DNA of 64,000 nt, taken from Macrostomum hystrix. Lineage: Eukaryota; Animalia; Platyhelminthes. The stretch covers positions 434,001 to 498,000 of the forward strand of contig CATNEN010000031.1 of NCBI GenBank assembly GCA_950097015.1, given 5' to 3'. The position numbers and the translations under genes were made by a program. The notes under the pieces were generated by a model, which was given only the letters and a program-made list of their open reading frames with translations, ran no database searches and was not told the DNA's origin. Positions 11,676 to 26,700 of the stretch are shown piece by piece. Each line of letters begins with the position of its first letter. The stretch's first letter is position 1.

Positions 11676-14600
11676 TTAGATTTTGCCTCGCTTCTTCCTG
11701 TCAGCAAGGCATTTCATGATCGTGGCCATTTGAACCTCGGTGAAGTTGAAAATGCCGATGATAGCGGTCAAATGCTGCAGACCCTGGTCGCGGTCCTTCT
11801 CGGTAAGATAGTGGAACATTGAATCGCGCAGGAATCTGAAGTCGCAGGGTATGCTATAGTGGTGACTAAAGATTAAATAATAATACTGCAGTTATGCTAA
11901 TCTTTTCGCCTGGTGCTAATCAATTTTGCTGCCTCGAGTATGAATTTGTTTTTCAATAAACTTCTCCTTTCTTTAAGTATTGTCTAGGTCAAAGAATTCT
12001 TTGAGTAGTAAAACTTATACCTGAGTTTTGCATCCGCTTCAGTTGCCGGCTGCTCACTTTCTGAGTAGGTCTCCATCAGTTTCAGCGTCTGCCACTTGTG
12101 CAGGTCTTGCTGAGTAAGCTCCAGCTTTTCAACCAATTCATCGATGGACACTTTGTCCGGCTCCTGGACAGCCAGCTTTTCCAGCTGAAAAGTTTGAATT
12201 TCCGCTGATTATAGCCGTTTACGACGTGTTGAGCGAAAAATTGGAAGTTAAAGCTGACACTGGCTCACTAGAAACCTATATACATAAATAATTTGTAAAA
12301 TAAGTTTTACCTCATCCTGCCGCTCAAACTTAGCCGACTCCTGGCCTTTGCGGTACATCTCCAGGTAGTACTGCTGGTGGCGCCGCTCGCGCTCCTCCAT
12401 TTCTTGGCGCAGTCGGGCCACCTCGCGCTCCAGTTCCTCTTCGCGTCTCTTTACTTCGCCATGTAGGGCGGTGAGCGCCTGATAGTCCAGAGTCAGTTGA
12501 TCAATCTCGGCCTGGAGTTCAGCAATGAAGTCCTCCTTGTCTTTGACTGCGGCGCCGATCTCCTCCGCCTTGGCCCGAGCCGCTACTTCGATTTCTTCTT
12601 CGCGGTCCGTGATGGCCTACAGAATCGGTGTAAGTAGAAGAAAAGCTATCGCAATAAGAATCATGTCGTATAAGTTTTTATTCAAAAACTCACCTGATAA
12701 GCTTCCTGCAACAGTCGACGCAGCTCTTTGACCTCGGACTCTTTGCGCTGCAGCGGCGTCAAGTACTGATTCTCGTTGTTGGCCTCCAGGGCGCGATTGG
12801 CCTCCTCCTGCAGCTTCTGCATGCGTCCTCGGCTGGCTGCTGTCTGTTTGATCTCGACCGCACCGCGACTCTCTGAGGAAAATGGGAGTTTCATGTCAAT
12901 GAGCGATCTGGTTTATCATACGTAACTGTCAGCTCTGGGTATCTATTGTACTTTTTCGAAGGAAGCAAGCGATGTGATACACTTTTCAAAATGCCAAAAA
13001 CTTACCTGGCATGGGCGTTGCCTTGGTGACATGCTGTAACTCGGTGCAGTCGGGAGTGCGCTGGGTCACCCGGTGAACTCGGCTGGATGGCGCCCGCAGT
13101 TTGGAGGTGCCTTCCGCTCCCCCGCCATCTGGGAATACTTCGCTCGAGCCGCCCGATTCTGTCTTGCTGAGCTGCGAGGAATTTGACCTGCGGAGCTCAT
13201 CCATCTTCGCGGCTCCGGAGTGAACGCTCTCGGCAGCAGCCACCGAGTGAGAGTCAACGTTAGCTGAGACTGCCGGAGTATCTCCAACTGTCGCCCGTCG
13301 AGGAGTAGCTGGCACAAAGGTTTTTGTCTTGAATGTTTTGCTCGTTGCATCTGCAGCCGAGCCAACTCGTGTCTTCTCGCGGGTTGACACAGACGCAGCT
13401 GCAGCCGCTGCCGCCACAACCACCGGCTTTTCCGCAGTGATCGAGCGCCGTTGGGTAGGCTTGTTTCCTGCCACTGCTTTCTCATCTTCGTCCTTTGTTG
13501 TAGCTGCTAAAGTTTTACGCACTGTTGGCTGCCGCGTCTTTGTCGGGGCTGCAACCGCCTTGGCATCCTTCACTTCCTCCGTTTGCTGCGGTGGCTTAAT
13601 TGAAGGAATAGTTCGAGTGGCTGAGGTGCGACGCACTGGAGTCGTTGCTTTGTGCTCATCGATACCGTGAGTCTCATCTGACTCTGCTTTAGGTGGAGTT
13701 GGAAGTGCTGTTGGTCTTTTACCTATTACCGGTGTCTTCTTTGGCTTGGGAACCGCGGATTGCTCATCTTTTTTATTTTCAGCTTCGGCTTTCGTATGAG
13801 GTCGAGAAGCCGCTTGTTTCGTCTTGGCAGGTGCAGGGATGAGCTTACTTGTCCCAGCCGATGGCGCCTTCTTGGTCTCCATCGTCTTCTTCTTTTTCAT
13901 ATCCTGTGACAGCTTTATCTTCGATTCGGTCGACTCTGCGGTTGTCGATTCCATTGCCTCAGCCTCCTTCGGTGCCTCCTGGCTCTCAGTCGAATCGATG
14001 GTCTCCTGCGCCACGTCTTGCTCATTTTTGTCAACCTGACTAACATCCTCCTCTTTCTTTTCAAGCTTCTCGGTCGACTCATTTGACAGCTCCAATGTTT
14101 CAGCCACCTCTTTACTTTCAGTGTTCTCAACGAGGTACTCTACATGCTCTTCGGCTTGCTCCGTGGCTTGAGGTCCCTCATCTATCTCATCCCTATCTAT
14201 CTCGTTTAAAGCTACTGGATCAACTGAGATCGTAGCCACGACATCCTCCTCTACATTCTCTTCGCGGGCCTGATCACCGTCAGCATTAACATCTTCCTTG
14301 CTGTCTGAGCGCTCGGTCGTTACAGCCGCGCTTGCATCTTCGACTTTCGTCTCAGAGGCTTCCTCTCCTGTGGCTGGCTCCTCTGGCTGGGCCTCCTCTT
14401 TTGGTAGCTGATTGACATCTTTAACATCGTCACGATCAGTGCTTAACGCATCTTCCACCATAGGCTGCAACATTTCCTGCTGCGCCTCAGTCAGCGCTGC
14501 TGCCTCTTCAGCCTGTTCTTTCACCACTTCATGCTCTTCAACTTCCGTCTCAGCAGATACTGCTAGCTCAGCTTCCTGCTCCTGATCCTGCAGCTGCTGC

Positions 14601-14872
14601 TGAGCCGAATCCTCACTGGAAGCTGCATGTTCCGTTGGTTCTGCCTCATCTGCGCAGGATCCATTCGGCAGACTTGGCTTGAGAGCATTCTTCTCGTCCA
14701 CAGCCTTCACCGACTGCAACGATCCGTTGTCCGCATCTGCATCCATGTGTTGACTGCAATGCTGAATGCCCACTGAACAGGTTCTCGCCTCGCTTGCTTT
14801 CGCTGCTGACAATTCTTCTTTCTTCTTTGGCTGGCAATCGCCGTCTGCTGCCGCCGCCGCCTCTAGTGACAT
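11676..14872 (-). CDS. qtc: Quick-to-court-like coiled-coil protein with a C-terminal GRIP-like domain and a long disordered N-terminus
   Basis: Exons 13006-14872, 12694-12872, 12311-12616, 12021-12184 and 11676-11853 are phase-compatible with canonical GT-AG sites. YLEMYRKGQESAKFERQDE-LEKLAVQEPDKVSIDELVEKL and DFRFLRDSMFHYLTEKD..HLTAIIGIFNFTE resemble the remembered Drosophila Qtc MYxKGQE/KVSIxEL and GRIP motifs. The start codon is tentative. Confidence 0.72.
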
Positions 14873-17751
14873 TGTATCGGTTGGAGACCGGAGGGGGGCT
14901 GACTTCCTTGCTGGCGGAGTGGGGTGGAGGGGTCGGTCCGAATGGTGCTGGGACTTGACTGTGGAGAGGGTGCTACAGGAGCGAGTTCAGCGGCCCTAGG
15001 GTTGGGCCTGGAGACCGCTGCCCGAGACAGGCCAAGAATGCGGAGAGGGCTGGGCTTCGGTTTAGCTCGTATCGATTTCTAGCCGCCCCACCTCCGTCAT
15101 TGTGGGTCCTCGACTGCGCTGTTGTCTGTAATATCATTTCCAACTATTTCAACTGCAGCCCGAGAGCGTGACTACTCACCCCACTGACCAACTGTCGGGC
15201 TAGCCGCATTGACTCTCAAACCCGATTGCTTCAATGGTAGTCACCCTGCCCCCTCCCAATACTCGTAATAAACTAAAAATTAATTTCAGCAGCTCAATGG
15301 CGGGAGAATGTATCCCTGTTCAAGTTTCCTTATTCCAATTCCACTTTGCTTTTCAGCCTTCCGAGCGGATTCTTGTAATCTAGAATGACTTACTTTTTTA
15401 ATCCCCGCGTATCTGGTGAAGACGCTTAAGAATGAAAAAATTGTCAGTTGACTATTTCTCCGCACCCTGGCTCCACAACTGTAGTCAATGCGCTTCAACT
15501 ATCCAGTTCCACACTGTAGCCAATCGGAAATAAACTGCCAACTTGTCGTTTACTTGCAACTAAAGATTCATTTGCGAGCAGGACAGGGTCGGTATTAACT
15601 AAACGGATTCCGGTTAGTTTATTGGGAATGTTTAGCTAGAAAGCTAACGCCATCCTAAATTTAAGAATTCTTGGAGCTTGTTTCATTTGTCTAAAAATAC
15701 AAAGCCTTTGATTGTTTCATTGTGGGGCCTGACTTTGAAGGGCTGAATATTTACGATTGTCACAAGTCCGCAGAATATTGTGAGGTCCAAATCACATCAA
15801 CACACTGCAAGACGAATTTTTTTAGCAACTGTTCGTGGTGTTCGTGAGGTCGTGGTGTTCTGTGTTCTGTCGAAACAAGCAAAAATACACGTGTGTGCGC
15901 TAATGTCATGCTCGTATTGAGCCCTACCAGTTTTAGAGAGTTTAGTTTGATCTTAGCTCCTATCCCGGCAGCGGAAATTTCAGTCCTTGGAATTTGAAAT
16001 TGGAATTTCTGGACACGCAAGGATTATTGAATTGAATTGAATTGAATTAAATCGTCCCTTGGATTTTAGGAGAAGCTTATTGAATTTATAAATTACGGGA
16101 ACTGGCCATTGCATAGTAAGGCCCAAAGCGGCAAAACTAAAGAACACAAAGGAATTTCTATAACTCAAGTGATAGACTGAGCTAGGCCGTACATAGGGAA
16201 TGTTTCGCTCGAGTCAAATGTGTTAGCTTTAAATCATAAAAAACTTTTGATTCACTGACTCCAGAGAAAGCTTACCTTTACGCTTCATTTGCGTTAATGA
16301 CGATGACGTCGAATAAGATTGTACTACAAGTTGGTTCCGCAAGCCAAGTAGTCTAATTATTGTTGTAATTTTGCTGCAAAAATTCACTCGATCTATAGTG
16401 ACACGAACTCGCTGGGTGGAGGCAAGTGGGAATACTACAACCTGCGTTATGTCTCCCAAAGTAAGGATATATTTTCTTTTCTCTATCCCGAGCCTATCCT
16501 GTCCTCCCGTTCTCTTCCCCTAACTTTATCCCAAGCCACAAAACAAGGGAAATGAAAGCAACGGCCTCTGGCGCTTGAGCACGACTCCCAAATGCATGTG
16601 AGATCACGAGAGTATGAGCACGAATAAAAAAAAAATTTGTGTATTATTTTGATCGATCGAACCCTTAATAGAGAAAGCATTGACACGCCCCTGAGTGCGT
16701 ACTCACAGTTGACTCACATTCCTGAAAGCGTCTCGTGCCTTATAACCGGGTAGTTTATCTGTTTAGTGAGCTTTTTTGATTATCTAGAGTCTCACTCAAG
16801 TACACCATGTTGACTTAATCTCCAGAGACAGACCCGTCTCCTCAACGTATTTCATTTAATTAGATAATCTGCTATGGTGAAAAGTGTTTCCACCAGCTCG
16901 ACAATTGAATGAGGCCGAGTACTTTTAACCATGGGCTATGATGAATTAAACGGCGTTTATTTCTATGAAGTCCGATTGCCCAGTGAGCATTCAACGATTT
17001 AATGGGCTCAGAATGCAGACTTTTTGAGCCATAGACAACAGATTCCATACTTAGAAAAAGCCCATTAAGCGTCCAATAAATAAGCAATCCGATTTTGTGT
17101 CGCGACCCGACTCGGTCGTTTACTGACCGCGTCAATTACATAATTGTCTATGGGTCGAGCCAAGTGGCAATAAAATAACCCGACTTGAAATCGTTGTCTA
17201 TGGCCTAGAACGCTGCTGGACTGCGTTTCTTGGCTGGATGCTTCAGCCAAGCTGTCTATGGCCTAGGGCCGCTGAGGACTGCGTCACATTGGCCGTGGCG
17301 AAAAACTTCTGTAAAGAACATCTCAAGTACATTGTCAAATGAAAAAATTCAAAATTGTGTTACCAGGTTTTGCTAGGTTTGACAGCGCAGTGACTGAAAA
17401 GCTTAGCCAAGTAATTAATTGGCCAATTTTAAATTTCTTTATTTTACACATCGTTTCATGAGAACAAATTGAGATGCGGTAATTGCTGATGCTGCAGCAT
17501 TGCGCGCAAACATTATGTACACTCGCACCCTCTCATTTAATCGCTAGTTCAAGCGAATAGAAAATATTATATCAACTTGTACAGCAATAACCTACTAGTA
17601 GTAGTGTGCGAAAGCATAATATTGCTTTTTAAGCATAATTCTTTATTTTGAAGTCTGGGCTCAGCCTAAAATTTGTATTTACAAAAAAGAAAAAAGAAAA
17701 AGCAATAAGTCAAATACTCGTAAGATGTGATAAAAAGTGTTCAGGGATGTT

Positions 17752-20700
17752 TCAAACGAAGCTGGCCTCAGTGTACGGACTGAAGGTAGGATAGTGCTGC
17801 TGCTGCTGCTGCTGCTTGGTAGGCGAGGTGAGCGTGCCTGCTTTGTTGCCGTCAACACAGAGGCCGGGCGGAGGATGAACCAGGTCTTCGTTTACGCTAT
17901 CCTGCACAGCTCCGATTGCATGGAGGGTGCCTGACGCCCCGGCGCCTTTGATCTCGTAGTACATGTGCAGGCCGGTATTGTAGTGCTTAGCTCCGCCAGT
18001 GTCGCCGGTCTGTCGGCGGGCCAGCCGGACTGCGGTCGTGTCCAGCGGCTGATAGTCCTGGTGCTGAACGCGATCGGAGTCGACTCCGCTGGCACCGGCT
18101 GCTGGGCAATTGAAAAAGGAGTTAGGGAGATGGTTTAGAAAAAAATTGCATTGGTTGCCATAACGATGAGGTCTACGACAAGTTCTGGAACTGGAAACAA
18201 AACCTAAAAACAAAAGTAAAACAAATCAATCTGCTCAATTGAGACTAGCTTGAATCGGGGAGGTGCAAGAACTCACCGGGACACGGGCTGGTAGTGCAGT
18301 ACCGGGCGTCCCTGCCGCCTGCGGTCCTGTAACCGTACATGCCAGCTGATGTTGTCGGCTTTAGCTGCAGGTTTGTATTATAGGTGCAACAGTCCTCCTG
18401 TAATTTCGGTAACAGTTTGAATAATGCAGGCGGACAATTAATTCGTTGTCTACAAAATCATAATGGATAAATAAGACTGGGATTATAAAATATATGATGA
18501 ACTGATCGGCATTAATGGAAAAGTACCTAAAGTGGCCAACTTCAACGTCGCAATCGCCCAGAGATCAAGGTCCCTAAAATCTCTCTGTCTCGCGGGCTCG
18601 GGGAAGGGGGAAGCCGAGGCCAACGCCAGAGAAGAGGATTTGGGAGATTGGGACTCTATTGGGGATGTTGCAACCTCTTGGCAATCAGATTATCAGCGGC
18701 GGCACTGTCACTGCAGCTTCCAAGCCTCTTCAAGTAGATTGAAGCCCAAACTCCCTTGGCTGAGTCGCAGCTGAGCTCGCGGCTTCATCATATTATTGGA
18801 GGCAGCGATAAAGAGGCGGAAGGATAAATTAGGAGTGAGAGGAAGGCGAAAGGGGATATTGTGGCTGGGCGGAGGAACTTTCTAAAGGAAATCTACGGAA
18901 ACAGGAAAAAAATATCTGCCAATTCTTAAATTTGGCCCCAATTTTTATGTGGCTCCCGTTCTTAATGAGCTCCGCTAGCAGAGCAGAAGGGTCATGTGTT
19001 AATTGGCAATTTACTGCATCCCTATATTCGAGGTAGTTCCCTAACGGTCACCATTGTAATCAAAGTAGTTCTGATTCAAAGCTCTTGAGCATTCTTCTGC
19101 TAATGAAAGTCAATTCGCTTCTAATATAATGATTCCCAATCATCACCTCTCCGTTATTGAAGTCCTTGTAGGCCGGTGGCATGTCGTAGGAGCCGGATAT
19201 CATCTTCACATCCGCATGCTCCGCGTCTGTAATGGATGAGCATTCGAGTAGGCATCGTATGATACAAGCGAGCTGAGTGCGACGGTGAACTACAAAGCAC
19301 TGATGTCAACAGATTTAGGACGCATAAGTAAATTATCAGAGTCATTAGCCAAGCAAAGTGATATTTACTGCCACCCAGTTATAGTTAATGGTAGAAGGTC
19401 AATCCTTCCGCATTGTACTGTGAAGACCCGGAAATTCACATATATGACGTATCACATTGAATATTTGGGCCCAGGTAAGTCGGTGGAATGAGATCAAGGA
19501 TGAGCAAGCAATTTGTTTCTTCTAGCATCAACGAAAGCGCAGCGCTGAAATACTTAGCAGGCTAGCAATAGATTTCATTTGCTAAGCTGAGGTTTCCATT
19601 TCTTCTCAGTCCACTCGCTGACCTAACTGATTGAGCCATGGCTACACAGAGCAGCACTTTACTTCCCGCCCACCGCCAGTTGTCTGAATCCGAGCGGCAC
19701 TAAGGACCCCGAAGGCGCGATAAGCCGGCCGCCCTGAGCCATCTCTCCTCTCCGCGACTCGAGGCCGTGACCGGCAGCAGCGCTCCACGCAATCGCTAAT
19801 GAGAACTGACTCCGCCCTTGTGTGTCCCCCTGCGACCCTCCCTCAGCGCTGTCCGAGTGCAGCTCGAGTCTCACTCTTCGATTCTTGGAAACCTCTTCGG
19901 GGTATATTCTGCCCCCCAACCTTCCTCAGTTCCAGCCCATTTTAGAAAGAGAACAAGAGAAGAGAAGACCGAAGTGGAAACGAAGGGAAAGAAGTTGAAA
20001 AGGGCGGGCAACTCGCAAATTATAGACAGCTCAGCGGCTGTTGAAAATCGATGCAAAATCAGCTATGGAAAAGAAGTGCCCATCACAGGATCCGGCCGCA
20101 ATGGCTGCGATTTATTCTCTCATTCGTCTCCACCCCTCATCGCCCCCGCTGTCCGAGCCTGGTCGAACGATTTCTCTTCTCACTCGGGACTGCATGGGAA
20201 TCCACAGGTGGGATCCGGAAATCGAATAGGATTTCAGTTGTTGTCCAGCGATGGGATTCCCTGCGAATGCTTCCTTTCCCCCCTCTCATCATATTTGGGA
20301 TCAAACAGAAGAAGGGGATGAAAACTGAGGTGGGGGGTGAAATCCCTAAGAGAGATGGATGAAAGGCATTTTTATGTATTCTTGTCTATTTTTTACATTA
20401 TTCTTTGTGTATGAAGCTGGACTCATAAAAACCCCGGATTTAACTTAGCGAAGCACTACAGTTTCTCTTATTTTGAAACTATTTAGGGACTTCAATTTTT
20501 TTATTGTACTGCTTCTAGTAGCCGGTTTTACCAGCAACGCACTACGAGTATTTTGAGTGCATGAAAATGCCTTCGCTGCACTACCTGTCGTTTTTTGACT
20601 GGAGGATATGGTATATTTAAAATATGCAAATATTTAAAATATGGCCGCTTACCTTGACCTGCTGTCATAGCAACCACTGGCTGTCTGCTCTTCTTGGCGT

Positions 20701-23700
20701 AAACAGAGCGCTTACGTACAATCAGACAGACAACTGTCACAGTAGCAATGCCCAGCACCAGGAACATGACGGACAGGCACACTACGACGATCTCGTTGCC
20801 CAGGCCGCCCTTCCCTCCGTTCTGATCGCTGCCATCTCCGCTGCCTCCGCCAGGCGAGGCGCCTGCTTCGCCTCCGCCGCTGGCGCCGCCCTGGTAAGCG
20901 GCGTCACGCCTATCGGCGATGTGCGCCCGATAGACGGCCTCGGCTGAGCAGTTGGGTGGCCGTCCCCGGTCGCAGGCTCGCAGGCGCAGCAGGAAGTCCC
21001 TGGTGTGCTGGCCATGCAGCGCCTTGTTTATAAGCACCAGGCCGGTGCGCCGGTCCACGCTGAACAGGTCGAGCACCTCAGCCCGGTTCAGCAGTTCGTA
21101 CTCAACAATTCGGTTGTCTCCATCATCTGCATCCTCGGCCAGCACCTGGCCGATGCTGTTGCCAGGTTCGCGTTTTGTCACCTGTCGCACATTATTTTAT
21201 ATTAGATTGTGTTAAACATTTTCGCTTTACGCTTTTTTCAATTGCTGTTAAGAAAAAATGGGATATTACCGATACATTCATACCTGAAACACCTCAGGAT
21301 GCTCTGTTGACACTCGAAAAACGGGCCTGTTGTCGTTCTCGTCCTCAACAGTGACGGATACCAGACATGTGCCTGTCAGCGCGCCGTGCCCGGACCTCGG
21401 TTGGTCCTCGGCCAGCACTCTGAATGAATAGTGCGCCTGCCGCTCCCGATCCAGCGGCGCCGATGTTCTAATCTCGCCTGTGCGTCGGTCGACGCTGAAT
21501 GCGCGCCAGTCGGTGTCTCCCCCGCGGTCGTCCAGCCGATAAGCCACCACACCGTTTCCGTTCTCGCGCTCGTCCTCGTCCTGCGCTTCAACCACTCCGA
21601 CAGCGGCACCGGCGGGCCGATTCTCCGACACGCGAAGACGATATTCCGGCTGGCGGCACACTGGCTGCCGATCGTTAGCGTCGATCACGCGGATCGTGAC
21701 TGTCGCGGTGGCGCTCAGGGGCGGCTGTCCGCGGTCAGTAACTAGAACGCGCACTGTGTAGCTGGCCTGCCGCTCTCTATCAAAGATCACGAGCGGCTTG
21801 AGCTGTCCAGTTTCGGCGTTTATTTCGAACAGTCGTTCTGCCTCGGAGTCGCTGGGGTCGAGGGAAAATCTCAGACGACTGTTCTCGCCTTCATCGGCAT
21901 CGCGAAAATGTTCAATCAGCTTGCCGTGCAGCGGACGTCGCTCCGCATCCTCCTCCAACGCCTAGAGCAGGTGTTTTTATGAATCCATCATTAGTTATGA
22001 TAATCGCTACCTTGTTTTAATTTTTCATGTTTAGTAATTTATAGGGCCACCCGAAACTACTTTAGAGCAATGTCAGGCGTTCTGATCTCTTCTCTAAGTG
22101 CATCAAAATATTTGCACTCTAGAGCTCAATTTCTCACTATGTCTTAACAAATTTTAGCCTGGTTGCTAGGATATAAACTAAATTGACCTCCACAGAGTTT
22201 CAAGAGAGAATAGGACCGTCCTTTGTTCAGTTTGAAGTTCACTAAAGTGTTATTAGGCGTCTTTTATTTCAAAGGTAGGAGAAGCCTTATTGTCACCTGG
22301 TTCGTATTATACCTTTGTCATAAGGCGTGGGCGACTAGAACTAAATGAGTGGCAGATTGCGAGCAGCTGTCAGTTCAGTGTCGAATAAAATATGCTTCTA
22401 TTACTAAATCATCAAATTAAAACCTTTGAACCCTCCTAGATTGATATTCAAATGAAGTATCAATAATAACAGTGAATTTGTAAACAAAAAGTACTTCTTT
22501 CCTTATAATTTGCATTTTGAAAGATACGCAAAAAGCAACCTGAAAGAAGCTCACTCACCTGGAAAACGATCGGCCCAGTCACCATTGGCGGCGAGTCGTT
22601 GACGTCCTCGATGTCCACGCAGTACTTGGCGCTGCCCTCGAGCCGTTGCGAGTCCCGGCAGAGAATGCTGAAGCAGGCCTTATTGGAGATCTCGCGATCG
22701 AAGATTCGGTTCGTCACCAGATCGAACACTTTCACCTGCAAGATAATGTACAATTTGCGTAGGATGCCAGGTCACTTTTCTCCTGCGATTCTTCTTAGTA
22801 GTGTTGCATATTTTATGTCAACGTTTCATTTCCTGATCAGACAGGGCGGGGTTTGGCGGTCCTGAGTGTTCAGTGTCCTAATTTTCAGTTCAGACCTCCA
22901 ATTTTGGCAGGTCCCATAGTTTTAGCGAAGCCTACGGGTCAAACAAAAAGTAAAAAAGGGTCAATAGTATAGAGTTGCTTTGCTCAACGCCTAATTAAGG
23001 AAATGGGCCGTCAGTTTCTCCTCTCATCATGCCTCCTCCGCTTCAAGACGCAAATGACCAGAGATAGGCCTCTCATTTTCCAATTGCACCTCTTCTCATT
23101 ACAGATTGCAGACCTATTAGGAGATGACAGGCTTCACGGATCTGGAATGGGTACTAATGGCCCCTGTTCATTGCCGATTGCGATCCGAGATCAGGTTGGC
23201 CCAAAGAGTGGCCTCTCATTTTTGCATTCCCGAGTCTATCATTTTATTCCTTTGTACATACCATCCCATGCTATCGAATCTCATGACGCAACGGGTGTGA
23301 GGATTCAGGCCTGATTAGTTTCCACACCTGGACATGTGCCCTGTCATCTTTATGTTAATCAAATGCGATTCCTGTCTCATAAACCATGAGCAGCTTTGTC
23401 TCAATTGCTGATTAATAGCTCCACATCGGTGTCTGTCAGCATTGGCATGTAGTTAATGAGTTAGGGACCCATGAAAACAGAATGTCTCACACATTCTCTT
23501 TATGCTATCTCCAGTTGGACAGTGCGCTAATTATCCTACGAGCGTAGCAAATAGAAGTTCAACTCCACGACTAAAAACGCAACCTTTTGAGAGCCCACTC
23601 GACAAAAGAATGATTTTCGCAGTCAGTTAAGGTCAGAGAGTCAAAAGCAATGGGAATTGCCTATTTCAAGAATCAAAAAATCCGTTCAGGGGTGCGCTAA

Positions 23701-26700
23701 TTTCCAGATTTTTTACAATTTTCTCTCTCAGTTTTAGCAAATCGATTCCTCCATAAAGTGTGGAGGGTGCGAAAAGGAGAGAAAACGAGGCAATCTCCAT
23801 TCTAATCCCCTCGGGAGGTCTCGACAGCGTTCGTCCGATTCTCTGGGTCTTTTCGCCTGCACGCATTGAAGTCGAACAGAAAAAAGCTAGGGAAAAATAG
23901 GACCAACCGGGATTAAAACATGACTACGTGCGACCTCAGGGCCGTGGGCTGCTAGAGACCGAGGAGGATCTATGAATGTCTGAGGCTGTTTCTCCTTACC
24001 AGGTAATGGCTCAGTGCGGCTGCCCGCATGCTGGGAAATAATTCCTATTAGCATTTTTAGAGCCCAGCTTTTGTCACTTGCCTTCTGCGCTAATCCTGAA
24101 TTCCCCTACAGATCATGGTGCGTGAATTGAACCCGGCTTAGCACCTACCAAGAGTCTTTGTCCTATAGAGGAGTTGTCCATGAGATACTAAATAGCTTTT
24201 AATGATTAGAAAATTGCTCTACAACGTTTGTCTTGTCTGTTCTGTCAGACTATTCTCGGTCCAATCAATCGCTTATTGGGGTACTTTGAATCCAGTCAGG
24301 GTGTTAAGCTGATTATCTGATTAGCCATGCAGACTTCTTCGTGCTTTCGCTTGGATAGCTCACTGAAAACTCATTAACCCAACTTTCGATCTCAGCCTGT
24401 AGACGTCATGCTCAAACGTCCTACAGACTATGGCCTTAGCTTTACTATAACGATGCCAATCAACCTTTATGAAAATTAATATTTCAAGCAATTGGTTAAT
24501 GTCTAGCTGAATACTGAATTCGGAGACGAGACATCCTTCGCTTAAATGCGTACAGAGAGCTACAGTATGTGAATACTGCTGACCTGAGTCGCTGCAATTT
24601 CATATTGAATGCCTCCCGCCATCTGCAAAGCTTCTTACCGTGGACTCTGAAGTGCTGCCTGAACCATACGTACTGGTGGACGGCAGCAACAAGAACGGCA
24701 ATTCCTGCCGATCCTCGCCCGGTGGCACCCCTAAGTTGCCGGCTGAACTCAGCGAACGGTCGCCACCAAAGGTGACGCACTGGACATCGTCGCCAGTGTC
24801 CGGATCGCGCACAATCACCTCTGCGATCTTGCTTCGCAGGGCCATATTCTCAGGTATGCGAGGCTGCGGTGGGCTAGCAGTGCAACCGGATGGCAGGAAG
24901 CAGGTCTCGATCACTGGTGGCTCATCGATTTTGTCCAGCACCACTATGCTGACGGTGGCGGTTGCAGTCTTTCGATACTCTTTGTCGTGAGCATTGTCTC
25001 TCGCAATCACCTGATTTTTTCAGGAAAATTCGGCTTTGTTCTTGGCAAAACCAGCGTTTGAATTATGGCTAACCCAGAGTTTGAATCATGGCTAACCCAG
25101 AGTTTGAATGATGGCTAAACCAGAGCTTGAATCATGGCTAAACCAGAGTTTGAATCATGGCTAAACCAGAGTTTGAATCATGGCTAAACCAGAGTTTGAA
25201 TCATTGCTACACCAGAGTTTGAATCATGGCTAAACCAGAGTTTGAATCATGGCTAAACCAGAGTTTGAATCATGGCTAAACCAGAGTTTGAATCATGGCT
25301 ACACCAGAGTTTGAATCATGGCTACACCAGAGTTTGAATCATGGCTAAACCAGAGTTTGAATCATGGCTAAACCAGAGTTTGAATCATGGCTACACCAGA
25401 GTTTGAATCATGGCTACACCAGAGTTTGAATCATGGCTAAACCAGAGTTTGAATCATGGCTAAACCAGGGTGTGAATCATGGCAAAATTTTTCTTTTGTC
25501 ATTAAATCGAATTCTCTACATTTAAATTTTGTTATCTTATAACGTCATAATGATATATATTTGTATGATAATAATTGTGTCTATTATTCATTTAATGTTG
25601 TTCTCAATTTTCTACAAAAGCGGCTAATATAAAAATTCAACTGCGGAACATTGTCAACTGGGGATCATCATCAATGGGGACTCATCATCAAATGGGGGAT
25701 CATGGTCAACTGGGGGAACATTGTCAACTGGGGATCATCATCAATGGGGAGTCATCATCAAATGGGGGATCATTGTCAACTGGGTGATCATCATCAACTG
25801 GAGGACCATTTCAACTGGGGGATCATTGTCAACTGGAGGATCATGGTCAACTGGGGGATCATTGTCAACTGGGGGGATCATCATCAATGGGGACTCATCA
25901 TCAAATGGGGGATCATGATCAACTGGGGGATCATTGTCAACTGGGGGAACATTGTCAACTGGGGATCATCATCAATGGGGAGTCATCATCAAATGGGGGA
26001 TCATTGTCAACTGGGGGATCATTGTCAACTGGGGGATCATTTTCAACTGGGGGATCATTGTCAACTGGGGGATCATTGTCAACTGGGGGATCATTGTCAA
26101 CTGGGGGATCATTGTCAACTGGGGGATCATTTTCAACTGGGGGATCATTTTCAACTGGGGGATCATTGTCAACTGGGGGATCATTGTCAACTGGGGGATC
26201 ATTGTCAACTGGGGGATCATTTTCAACTGGGGGATCATTTTCAACTGGGGGATCATTGTCAACTGGGGGATCATTGTCAACTGGGGGAAAATTGTCAACT
26301 GGGGGATCATTGTGAACTGGGGGATCATTGTCAACTGGGGGATCATAATAGCTTTAAAAAAGCTGAAAATACAGCTGCTAAAAAGTATATACTAGACGAA
26401 TTAAAAATATTTCTGCTCCCCGAAGGGGGGCAAAAGTTGCTAGTTCGCTTCTAAAAATATGCGACCAACCAACTCACCTCAAAGTGGAAGTTCTTCTTCG
26501 GCATTCGATCGTAGTCCAGACGCTTTCGAATCAGAATCCGACCGTCAGGCAGCACTGAGAAGAACTGCCTGGCCAGCTGCTGGTCGTCGCCGGCTGTGGC
26601 AGCGAAGTCGTACACAACGGTGCCGTAGGCGCCGGAGTCTTTGTCTGTGGCATGCAGCTGCAGAATCGCGCTGTTAACTGGCTCACTCTCGTAGATTGGC

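Noticed and set aside
25651-26454. Five overlapping ORFs (WGIIVN / GDHCQL / STGGSL repeats)
   Set aside because: The 18-bp repeat is open in several frames and lies inside protocadherin intron 2.
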